Part shown: positions 18,622 through 25,912 of the stretch, piece by piece
Layout of the letters: each line of letters starts with the position of its first letter
How positions within the stretch are numbered: the stretch's first letter is position 1
Assembly (NCBI RefSeq): GCF_900083515.1
Contig: NZ_LT671858.1
Span: forward strand, 1,470,001-1,502,000
Direction: 5' to 3'
From: Cuniculiplasma divulgatum
GTDB taxonomy: Archaea; Thermoplasmatota; Thermoplasmata; Thermoplasmatales; Thermoplasmataceae
Length of the DNA stretch: 32,000 nucleotides
Translations under genes and position numbers: made by a program
Notes under the pieces: generated by a model
Seen by the model: the letters and a program-made list of their open reading frames with translations, nothing else
The model's database searches: none
What the model was told of the DNA's origin: nothing

Positions 18622-19746
18622 ATGGAATCTAACGATCTTGTTCTACCGAACTATGAAAATGGAAGTTTATATAATTTGGCACAAAGTGTAATGACAAGCC
18701 TAGAGCTTCGCCCACATAATAATTGTTTGAAAGTTTTACCAGTAGATGGAAAAAAGATGAGTGTTGTCCTAATAGATGGATTTGGTTATCTTGCTGGAGT
18801 AAAAGCTGGAATTATCGAAGATGGAGAGCCATACTTGACGAGTGTATTCCCGTCAATAACTACCACTGCACTTGTGACCCTAATGTCGGGCCAGCTTCCA
18901 GGAGATCACTGTGTTCTGGGTGGAACAACTTTTGTTAAAAAATTTGGGACCATTATTGATAATTTCCAGTTTTCTCCTGTGTATTCGAAAGGAAAAGACT
19001 CCTTAAAAGAATTTGGATCAATGAAAGATACATATAAAGTTGAAAATACAGTGGAAAAAGCAGTAATGATTGGGAAAAAGATTGCTATAATATCTCCAGA
19101 ATTTATTAGAAAATCGGAATTGACTACAATAACTAACAGTACTAAAGGAGATCACTTTCATTATTATCACCTGTGGGATGCTTTATATTTCTACAGAAAG
19201 GCATTAGAAAACGGATATGATTTTGTTTATTTATATATTCCATTTGCTGATAAACTGTCGCATATCTATGGCCCATATTCAGAACAGAATCTTAGTGCTC
19301 TCAGAGAAATAGTAAACAGTGTAAAGAAAGAAATGGATCCTTATAAAAATGAATACAGATTCATAATAACTGCAGATCACGGTCATGTTGAGGCTAAAAG
19401 GGCGATACAGATGACTGATTACCCAGCAGTACCGGCTAACTTTTCCATGGCTCCATTTGGTTCTACCAGGTCTATATTTTTCTCTGGATCAAGTAATCTG
19501 CTTGAGTCTCTCAACAACTATCTACCAGGTTTAAAGATATACGATAATAACAAGAATAATCTGAAAATGCTCTTAGGATCATCAGAATGTAGCCGATTTT
19601 CAAGCTTTGACTATATAGGAATACCCATAAACGGAGATTCATTTTTTTATCCTGGCTCTTTAGATGAAGGCAACACTACATATTTTAAAGGTAGACATGG
19701 AGGGTTGTGCAGGGATGAAATGTTGATTCCCTTAATCATCATATGA
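18622..19746 (+). CDS. Alkaline-phosphatase-superfamily enzyme (nucleotide pyrophosphatase/phosphodiesterase-like)
   Basis: Three regions fit the AP/NPP metal-site and nucleophile pattern: VVLIDGFGY (metal Asp), VFPSITTTALVTLMSGQLPGDH (nucleophile Thr region) and ITADHGH. Confidence 0.72.
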   Translation: MESNDLVLPNYENGSLYNLAQSVMTSLELRPHNNCLKVLPVDGKKMSVVLIDGFGYLAGVKAGIIEDGEPYLTSVFPSITTTALVTLMSGQLPGDHCVLGGTTFVKKFGTIIDNFQFSPVYSKGKDSLKEFGSMKDTYKVENTVEKAVMIGKKIAIISPEFIRKSELTTITNSTKGDHFHYYHLWDALYFYRKALENGYDFVYLYIPFADKLSHIYGPYSEQNLSALREIVNSVKKEMDPYKNEYRFIITADHGHVEAKRAIQMTDYPAVPANFSMAPFGSTRSIFFSGSSNLLESLNNYLPGLKIYDNNKNNLKMLLGSSECSRFSSFDYIGIPINGDSFFYPGSLDEGNTTYFKGRHGGLCRDEMLIPLIII

Positions 19747-19823
19747 ACGAAATCCTGAAAAATTATGTTGGAAGTATTATTTAAATTGAAAACACTTAAA
19801 TAAGTTGATACCTATGATCATTT

Positions 19824-20000
19824 ATGGAAGAAGAATCTATAATAGAGAATTTCATAAAAGCACTTGAAGGGGCAAAAGGATCAATGGAATTTAATTTTAA
19901 GGAAATGAGTATTAAATTACCAGGAATGAACGCGAATGTTGTTATTAATGGAACCCTGGACGTAACAGCGATGCCCGTACATGAAAAAGCAAAACAATGA
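19824..20000 (+). CDS. Hypothetical 58-aa protein (not in the ORF track)
   Basis: Hand translation gives MEEESIIENFIKALEGAKGSMEFNFKEMSIKLPGMNANVVINGTLDVTAMPVHEKAKQ. It overlaps the next ORF by 20 nt. Coding status is uncertain. Confidence 0.35.
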   Translation: MEEESIIENFIKALEGAKGSMEFNFKEMSIKLPGMNANVVINGTLDVTAMPVHEKAKQ

Positions 20001-20331
20001 AATAGTATCTAATGTTGCTCAAAGTCTACTGAATTCAGGTAATGTTGAGATCAGAATTGATGGCAAACCATTTTCAACTGTGTCCATAAATAAAGGAACC
20101 GTTGATATTGAAATGGAAGATAGGAAACTATCGAAAAACATATTCAAAAAAATGCCTAAGATGAGTAAACGAAGAAAAATGTTAAGCCAGTTTTCAAGTT
20201 TCGTAGCATCCCTTGGAGTAATAATAGAAATAAGAGATCAAAAAGGATTGATACTGAAGATAGGTAAAGGGGCGCACTCTGTCCTTGGTAACTTTGAGGC
20301 AAAACTCGTAAAATTGGAAGAGTACTTTTAG
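19981..20331 (+). CDS. Hypothetical 116-aa protein
   Basis: The ORF has a central basic patch (KKMPKMSKRRKM) flanked by predicted beta-rich segments. I recognise no family. Confidence 0.5.
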   Translation: MKKQNNEIVSNVAQSLLNSGNVEIRIDGKPFSTVSINKGTVDIEMEDRKLSKNIFKKMPKMSKRRKMLSQFSSFVASLGVIIEIRDQKGLILKIGKGAHSVLGNFEAKLVKLEEYF

Positions 20332-20459
20332 TTACTGTTTTTGATATATAGTGCTAATATGGTCATCTAATTATGAATAACCTGTGAGTGTCTTTTCTTT
20401 TTTAAATGGAATAAATAGGATATTTTTTTATACAGTATTACCATAACAGCACAATTAAC

Positions 20460-20708
20460 ATGGCAACATATCCAAATACCGGACTCAAACCATTAGAGGC
20501 TCTTAGGGCTTCTACCGAAAAGAATGTATTAGTTGATGTTAAGGGAAGGAGAGGCTACTCCGGTACCCTTGAAGGATACGATGTATACATGAATCTAGTT
20601 TTAAGAAATGCAAATGAAATTATAAACGGAGAAGTTAAAGGCGTTCATAACAGAATACTCGTAAGAGGAGACAATGTTATTTTTGTTTCGCCATCATCAG
20701 GTGATTAA
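20460..20708 (+). CDS. Archaeal Sm-like protein (SmAP/LSm)
   Basis: Sm1 and Sm2 motifs are present: VLVDVKGRRGYSGTLEGYDVYMNLVL and ILVRGDNVIFVSP. It forms the conserved pairing with L37e downstream. Confidence 0.9.
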   Translation: MATYPNTGLKPLEALRASTEKNVLVDVKGRRGYSGTLEGYDVYMNLVLRNANEIINGEVKGVHNRILVRGDNVIFVSPSSGD

Positions 20709-20710
20709 AA

Positions 20711-20875
20711 ATGAGTAATGGAACAGCTGTAATGGGAAAAATGAACAGTAAGAAAGTTCATATCAGATGCAGAAGATGCGGTCATCATGCTTACCATATC
20801 AGGGAAAAGAGGTGTGCTCACTGTGGATTCCCAGCTCCAAGACTACGATCCTATAAATGGGCTAAAGCCAAGTGA
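20711..20875 (+). CDS. rpl37e: 50S ribosomal protein L37e (eL37), 54 aa (absent from the ORF track)
   Basis: Hand translation gives MSNGTAVMGKMNSKKVHIRCRRCGHHAYHIREKRCAHCGFPAPRLRSYKWAKAK, with the C4 zinc ribbon and G.(K/R)..K.H..CRRCG pattern of L37e. It starts 3 nt after the Sm gene stop. Confidence 0.9.
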   Translation: MSNGTAVMGKMNSKKVHIRCRRCGHHAYHIREKRCAHCGFPAPRLRSYKWAKAK

Positions 20876-22262
20876 GAACTGTGCCGTAATAGGGATATAC
20901 GGTAACGATACAGTTTTTTTTAAAATCTATACTTCTCTGAGAACTCTACAACACAGGGGACAGGAAGCTTCAGGAGTTGCGATTTTTGATGGAGAAAAGA
21001 TAAATGCTCTCAAGGTAGACGGGCTAGTATACGAGGGATTCAGGCCATATATTGAAAAAGAAATTGTGCCTAAGGGGAACATTGGAATAGGTCACAACAG
21101 GTATTCTACAGCGGGTATTAAGAATATAACCGGCGCAGGTCCCTTTCTAATATCAACGGCAATGGGTGATATGGCCATAAGCCACAATGGGGAAATAACT
21201 AATTATCAGTCCTTGAGAGATGAGTTAAAGGAGCAGGGAGTGCCTTTTGTCACGACCAATGACACAGAAGTTATGTTGAATCTTCTGGCTCGGACAATCC
21301 GTCAGAAGGGAATTAAAAATGGTATAAGAAGTTCTATGGAAATGCTTCAAGGATCATATTCAGCCGTTCTAATGATAGGAGAAAAGATGTACGCAATGAG
21401 GGATCCAAAGGGTTTCAGACCACTTATTCTTGGAAAGGCCGGAAACGACATAATTATATCGTCTGAAAGCGCGGCCATTGACGTACTTGGAGGTGCTATT
21501 GTCAGAGATGTTCAACCGGGAGAAGTTGTTGAGATATATAATGGAGACATAAACACTTTATTTATTATGAGGAGTCAGAGGATTTCTCACTGCATGTTTG
21601 AATATGTATACTTTGCAAGACCTGATAGCATAATAGATGGTGTTGAGGTGTATAATTCCAGGTACAGACTTGGAGTTAATCTCGCAAAAGAAGCGCCTGT
21701 GGAGGCTGATGTTGTGATTCCAGTACCTGACTCTGGCAGGACACAGGCCCTGAGTTATGCTGCTGAACTCAAGATGGAATATAGTGAGGGTCTTTTCAAG
21801 AACAGATACTCAGAAAGAACATTTATTATGCCTGGTAACAAGGAAAGGGACAGCGCAGTTAAGCTGAAACTTAATCCGATTAAATCTGTAGTACAGGGAA
21901 AGCGAATTGTTCTTGTCGATGACAGCATTGTCCGTGGAACAACCATGAAAAGGATTGTTGCTTTGCTAAGCAGTTTTGGCGCGAAAGAGATACATGTCAG
22001 AATAGCATCACCAAAGATTGTTGCACCATGTTACTTCGGCGTTGATATGAAGACCCGGGATCAGTTCATAGCTTTAAACAAGAGTGATGATCAGATTTCA
22101 AAAGAGGTTGGTGCAGATAGTCTTGCTTATCTCTCCATAGAGGGATTGGTAAATAGTATTGGAATGCCTAAGAAATCACTCTGCCTTGGATGTCTAACCG
22201 GAGAATATCCGGTAAAAATTGCTGGAGAAAAGGAAGATATCCAGACAACTCTGGAGTTATAA
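20787..22262 (+). CDS. purF: Amidophosphoribosyltransferase (glutamine-PRPP amidotransferase)
   Basis: It has the Ntn-type CAVIGIYG catalytic Cys region and the PRTase motif IVLVDDSIVRGTT. Cys residues sit in the positions of Fe-S ligands (HCMFEY, PCYFGVD, CLGCLTGEYP). In-frame starts are ATG 20787, GTG 20814 and GTG 20823, all inside rpl37e. Confidence 0.92.
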   Translation: MLTISGKRGVLTVDSQLQDYDPINGLKPSENCAVIGIYGNDTVFFKIYTSLRTLQHRGQEASGVAIFDGEKINALKVDGLVYEGFRPYIEKEIVPKGNIGIGHNRYSTAGIKNITGAGPFLISTAMGDMAISHNGEITNYQSLRDELKEQGVPFVTTNDTEVMLNLLARTIRQKGIKNGIRSSMEMLQGSYSAVLMIGEKMYAMRDPKGFRPLILGKAGNDIIISSESAAIDVLGGAIVRDVQPGEVVEIYNGDINTLFIMRSQRISHCMFEYVYFARPDSIIDGVEVYNSRYRLGVNLAKEAPVEADVVIPVPDSGRTQALSYAAELKMEYSEGLFKNRYSERTFIMPGNKERDSAVKLKLNPIKSVVQGKRIVLVDDSIVRGTTMKRIVALLSSFGAKEIHVRIASPKIVAPCYFGVDMKTRDQFIALNKSDDQISKEVGADSLAYLSIEGLVNSIGMPKKSLCLGCLTGEYPVKIAGEKEDIQTTLEL

Positions 22263-22263
22263 T

Positions 22264-23055
22264 TTAATTCTTATTACTTATTTTTGAAAGGATATTATCT
22301 ATTTCATCCTGACTCATTATCCTGCCTATACCATCAGCCTTAAGAGTTAAGGCAATTTTTGCCGAGAGTCTTCTTGAAATTTTTCCCCTATCTCTTGGAC
22401 TGCTTCCCGAAATTAAATGAGACTTATAAAGAAAGCCATGTTTCGGATTTGGTATGTGCCTTGTTTTGCTGATAAAAAGTGATTTCTCTGCACCTGCCAT
22501 CTGTATTGAGGATGATGGGGTATTAACAAGCCTTTCCAGTGATTGAAAATGCCCCAGCAGTTCAGCACATAATACTGGATTAATTATTCGTGAGGTGTTT
22601 GGAAAGATCTCCTTTGCCTTCTCATTCAGGGACTTTTCAAGTTCCTTTTTCCTCGATACCATTTCCGATCCAAGTTCCCCTATGGTTGATATTGCATGAT
22701 CCTCGTTATTCTTCATATTCTGGAATAATTCTCCAGGATCCTCCGATTCGCCTACAATCAGGCCAAGAGCCATTGATTTTTCAAATAAGAGATTGATTAT
22801 TTCGTCCATTGAGTTATACACATTGAAGATCTTCACCAGCTTCCAGTCCCTTCCGAGAGACTCTTTCAGTTTCGATCTTCCGTAATTTAGCATCAGTTCT
22901 CGAAGATCAGGAAGCGCCTTGCCCTCTTCCATTTCTAATCCATCCTTTCCTTCAGATAGTCTGTCAAATAGATCAGTCGGATTTGCAGAAAGAAGCTTAT
23001 AGACTTTTAGAGTACCATCACTTCTGTAACCGTACCATTTAGTTCTTTCTGTCAT
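22264..23055 (-). CDS. nop5: C/D box sRNP core protein Nop5 (Nop56/58 homolog), compact form
   Basis: The NOP-domain signature is present: NPVLCAELLGHFQSLERLVNTPSSSIQMAGAEKSLF...PKHGFLYKSHLI...RGKISRRLSAKIALTLKAD. I place the start at the ATG at 23055 (MTERTKWYGY...). The maximal ORF extends to 23196 but would then overlap the cbf5 3' end by 158 nt. Confidence 0.8.
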   Translation of the reverse strand: MTERTKWYGYRSDGTLKVYKLLSANPTDLFDRLSEGKDGLEMEEGKALPDLRELMLNYGRSKLKESLGRDWKLVKIFNVYNSMDEIINLLFEKSMALGLIVGESEDPGELFQNMKNNEDHAISTIGELGSEMVSRKKELEKSLNEKAKEIFPNTSRIINPVLCAELLGHFQSLERLVNTPSSSIQMAGAEKSLFISKTRHIPNPKHGFLYKSHLISGSSPRDRGKISRRLSAKIALTLKADGIGRIMSQDEIDNILSKISNKN

Positions 23056-24184
23056 TTCTTCCCTTCTTTCTGTTCCTGTTAACTGGTCTCCTGTCCTTAA
23101 AATTATCCCTGTATTCGTTTCTGTTTCTTTTCTCATTATTGCGTTCTGGCCATTGATTGGGTCTCTGTGTTCTTTTCTCCCGTGAAAATCTGTCATTCAC
23201 AAATTTTCTTTCCTTTGATCCCTGCTTCACCTCACTCCTCAAATGAATCTCTCTTTCCTTTTGCTTGACTGGTATTTTTACCGAGTTTCCTGGTTCCGGG
23301 TCAATGAGAACTCTATCTAGATCCACTATCTTTGTGTCAGATATCTGATTGAATGATAATACCATTTTTCCGGTACCCACAAGCTGTCCCGACTCAGAAA
23401 TGAGGGCAACTCTTTCACCTGCCAAAGGTTCACCTATTATTGCCTTGATCCCTCCAGGATACAGATCGGAACCATGGGCAATAGTCTTAAGTGTTGAAGC
23501 TTTTATTATTACCTTACTGAATGTTGAAAGGAGAAAGTTTGACTGGTACATAGCTGATTTAAGGAGATGATCCTTTCCTGCCTTTGCCATTTCAACACGA
23601 TCACTTAACTCCTGAAGAGTTATGGCCATTTCTTCCCTGAAAGGACCAGTTCCCAATCTTCTCAGGTCTGTCATATTCCCCTTGGTTCCCAGATAATATC
23701 CTATATCCACACACAGTGTCCTTATGTATGTCCCAGATTGGCATTTCACCTTGAAAAGTACATCCCTGTTCCTAATTTCCATTATTTCAATATCATAGAT
23801 CTCCCTTGTCCTGAGTTTTCGTGCTACAGCACTTTTTATAGGAGGTAGCTGGTATATTTCCCCCTTAAAATGATCAAATGCTTTTCGTATGGAAAGTTCG
23901 TCAGCATCAGCATGTAACTTCAATGTGGCTATATATTCCTTTGGATATTCATGGGCAATGTCCACAAGTCTTACACATTTTCCCAGTGCAATTACCAGTA
24001 GACCAGTAGCCTGCGGATCAAGAGTTCCTATGTGACCAACTCTTTCTACACCGGTAATCTGTCTTACCCAGTAGTCAATCTGGTGACTTGTTGGACCCTT
24101 TGGTTTATCTATACATATAAAACAGCCCTCTTCAGGCATTGGAAAAGACCATTCTATAGATTTCGTTTGCGATTTCATCAGCAC
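23039..24184 (-). CDS. cbf5: H/ACA RNP pseudouridine synthase Cbf5 (TruB family) with a long basic C-terminal tail
   Basis: TruB catalytic motifs are present: DKPKGPTSHQ and GHIGTLDPQATGLLVIALG. A PUA-like C-terminal domain is also present (GERVALISESGQLVGTGKM). An alternative start is Met16 at nt 24139. An 84-aa K/R/N-rich tail follows the PUA domain. Confidence 0.9.
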   Translation of the reverse strand: MLMKSQTKSIEWSFPMPEEGCFICIDKPKGPTSHQIDYWVRQITGVERVGHIGTLDPQATGLLVIALGKCVRLVDIAHEYPKEYIATLKLHADADELSIRKAFDHFKGEIYQLPPIKSAVARKLRTREIYDIEIMEIRNRDVLFKVKCQSGTYIRTLCVDIGYYLGTKGNMTDLRRLGTGPFREEMAITLQELSDRVEMAKAGKDHLLKSAMYQSNFLLSTFSKVIIKASTLKTIAHGSDLYPGGIKAIIGEPLAGERVALISESGQLVGTGKMVLSFNQISDTKIVDLDRVLIDPEPGNSVKIPVKQKEREIHLRSEVKQGSKERKFVNDRFSREKRTQRPNQWPERNNEKRNRNEYRDNFKDRRPVNRNRKKGRNDRKN

Positions 24185-24659
24185 TTCCTTTCTCTGTATC
24201 TATAACAACATCATATATGCTTTTATCTTCCATCAAGAAACCAAAATATTCTTTGAACCTGAAATTTTCAGATTCCTCCCGCATTACTACCTTTTCAGCC
24301 ATGTTTCTGTCATTTTCTCTGATGCTTACCCTGGCAATCCTCACCTCTCTGGATGCATCAAGGAAGACCCTGAATGCAGGAATGCCTGCTGAATAGGATA
24401 TCCAGCCTGCAAGTCTGGATTCAACTATTATATCGTCATGATCCCTCAGAAAATCCCTGATCATGTTATTTAGGGTAACATCAGTTCTGCTGTCTTTTTC
24501 TGCCATTAAATTCATTTCTTCCAGACTCACATGCATATCTTCAGACATTTGCCTGAAAAAATACCCACCTGAATAAACGTCATATGATGTGAGATCGGAT
24601 AAAATTTTAGAAACGGTTGTCTTACCACTGCCTATATGACCACTGACCGTGATTCTCAT
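24132..24659 (-). CDS. cmk: Cytidylate kinase, archaeal type
   Basis: It has the P-loop MRITVSGHIGSGKTTV. Its size (175 aa) and position between DUF106 and cbf5 match the conserved archaeal cluster. Confidence 0.88.
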   Translation of the reverse strand: MRITVSGHIGSGKTTVSKILSDLTSYDVYSGGYFFRQMSEDMHVSLEEMNLMAEKDSRTDVTLNNMIRDFLRDHDDIIVESRLAGWISYSAGIPAFRVFLDASREVRIARVSIRENDRNMAEKVVMREESENFRFKEYFGFLMEDKSIYDVVIDTEKGSADEIANEIYRMVFSNA

Positions 24660-25366
24660 TGTACTGTCAATCCTTCAGAGGGATTCATTCCTTCATATTT
24701 TCTTAGCTGGTATGAGAAATCTATGTATTTTATGATCATTGTAATCATATACCCAACAACCATATTGGAAATGAACGATATTATGATCCAGCTTGGGAAG
24801 AATCCTACAACTGAATTTAGATTTACATTGGATGCCCATGGGAATGATACATAGGGAAATGAAAGATGAGCCAGAAAGAAGTATAGCCAGACAAATATTA
24901 ACAGTGTAAACATTGATAATATTATAAGTGGTGCAGTGCTGCTCATCTGGACCATTTGTTGATCCATCATGCTTTCCTGCTGCATCTTTCTTAATTTATT
25001 CATCTTGTCCCTGTCGTTTGCCCTGAATGCCTCATTCTGAGCCTTCCTGAATGCCTGTGCCCTGTTCTGTGCCTTTCCTATCTTGAGCCAGTCAGTGAAG
25101 AAATATCTTGGTATACCACTTACTATCCCGGTCAATATACCTGACAGCGCAATGGTTAATACCGGATAACTGTAATTGAATCCAATAAGCGGCCCAAGTG
25201 CAAACTGAAACACTCCTCCAATTGCATCTCTTATGGCAGTAACATAGATTATAACGATACTGAAAATGAACATAAGGAAATACATTCCCTGGAATTTTAG
25301 CATCTTCTTTTGCATCTCTTTCTGTCTGGCCATTCTCTCCATATTTGGATCCTTTACTTCTGTCAT
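24656..25366 (-). CDS. DUF106-family membrane protein (archaeal Oxa1/YidC-superfamily, EMC3/TMCO1-like)
   Basis: It has three hydrophobic helices. A charged coiled-coil hairpin lies between TM1 and TM2 (KIGKAQNRAQAFRKAQNEAFRANDRDKMNKLRKMQQESMMDQQ). It sits in the conserved location between adk and cmk. Confidence 0.8.
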   Translation of the reverse strand: MTEVKDPNMERMARQKEMQKKMLKFQGMYFLMFIFSIVIIYVTAIRDAIGGVFQFALGPLIGFNYSYPVLTIALSGILTGIVSGIPRYFFTDWLKIGKAQNRAQAFRKAQNEAFRANDRDKMNKLRKMQQESMMDQQMVQMSSTAPLIILSMFTLLIFVWLYFFLAHLSFPYVSFPWASNVNLNSVVGFFPSWIIISFISNMVVGYMITMIIKYIDFSYQLRKYEGMNPSEGLTVQ

Positions 25367-25911
25367 TTGGATAACCTCTCTACAATTTTTTCTGCGACCT
25401 GATCAGCTAAGCCTGGAAGATTATTAATAAAGGAAACTGTTGCGCCCGTATATACTGAATATGAAACTGCAAATGACCTGTTTACAGATTGATGTGTTGT
25501 TATATCCTCTATTGTCTCCTCATCCCTGGTTCTGCTTGGGTCGTTATTTCTCCTCTTCCTGATTTCTTCTGGCTCTGCTTCCAGAAGAAAGAACGCGCTT
25601 ACCTTCAGTTCTCTTATAACCCATTCTGGCAAACCTGGTAAAAATCCTCTTGGACCCTTTATGGCCATATGGGTATCAATTATAACATCCTCAATTTTTC
25701 CAATTGCGGATGCTGCCTTTTTTTGAAGATTGATCTGGGTATCAACACTTAGCTTCCTGATCTCATCCCTTGATTCCACAAGTTTTATCTCCTTCGCCAT
25801 TTCAAACATGAGTGTTCCGAAATTGATGATATCGTAGCTTGTTAGCTTCTCTACAGATTTCAGTACTGTAGACTTGCCAACACCCGCGACACCCGCAATT
25901 ACAACTCTCAT
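25363..25911 (-). CDS. adkA: Adenylate kinase, archaeal type
   Basis: It has the P-loop MRVVIAGVAGVGKSTV. At 182 aa it lies immediately downstream of secY. Confidence 0.9.
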   Translation of the reverse strand: MRVVIAGVAGVGKSTVLKSVEKLTSYDIINFGTLMFEMAKEIKLVESRDEIRKLSVDTQINLQKKAASAIGKIEDVIIDTHMAIKGPRGFLPGLPEWVIRELKVSAFFLLEAEPEEIRKRRNNDPSRTRDEETIEDITTHQSVNRSFAVSYSVYTGATVSFINNLPGLADQVAEKIVERLSK

Positions 25912-25912
25912 T

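Noticed and set aside
23056-23196. An N-terminal 47-codon extension of the nop5 ORF (MTDFHGRKEHRDPINGQNAIMRKETETNTGIILRTGDQLTGTERREE).
   Set aside because: It would overlap cbf5 by 158 nt and does not resemble a Nop5 N-terminus. The internal ATG at 23055, followed by KWYGYRSDG..., is a more plausible start. I have kept it as an open question in the findings rather than as a feature.
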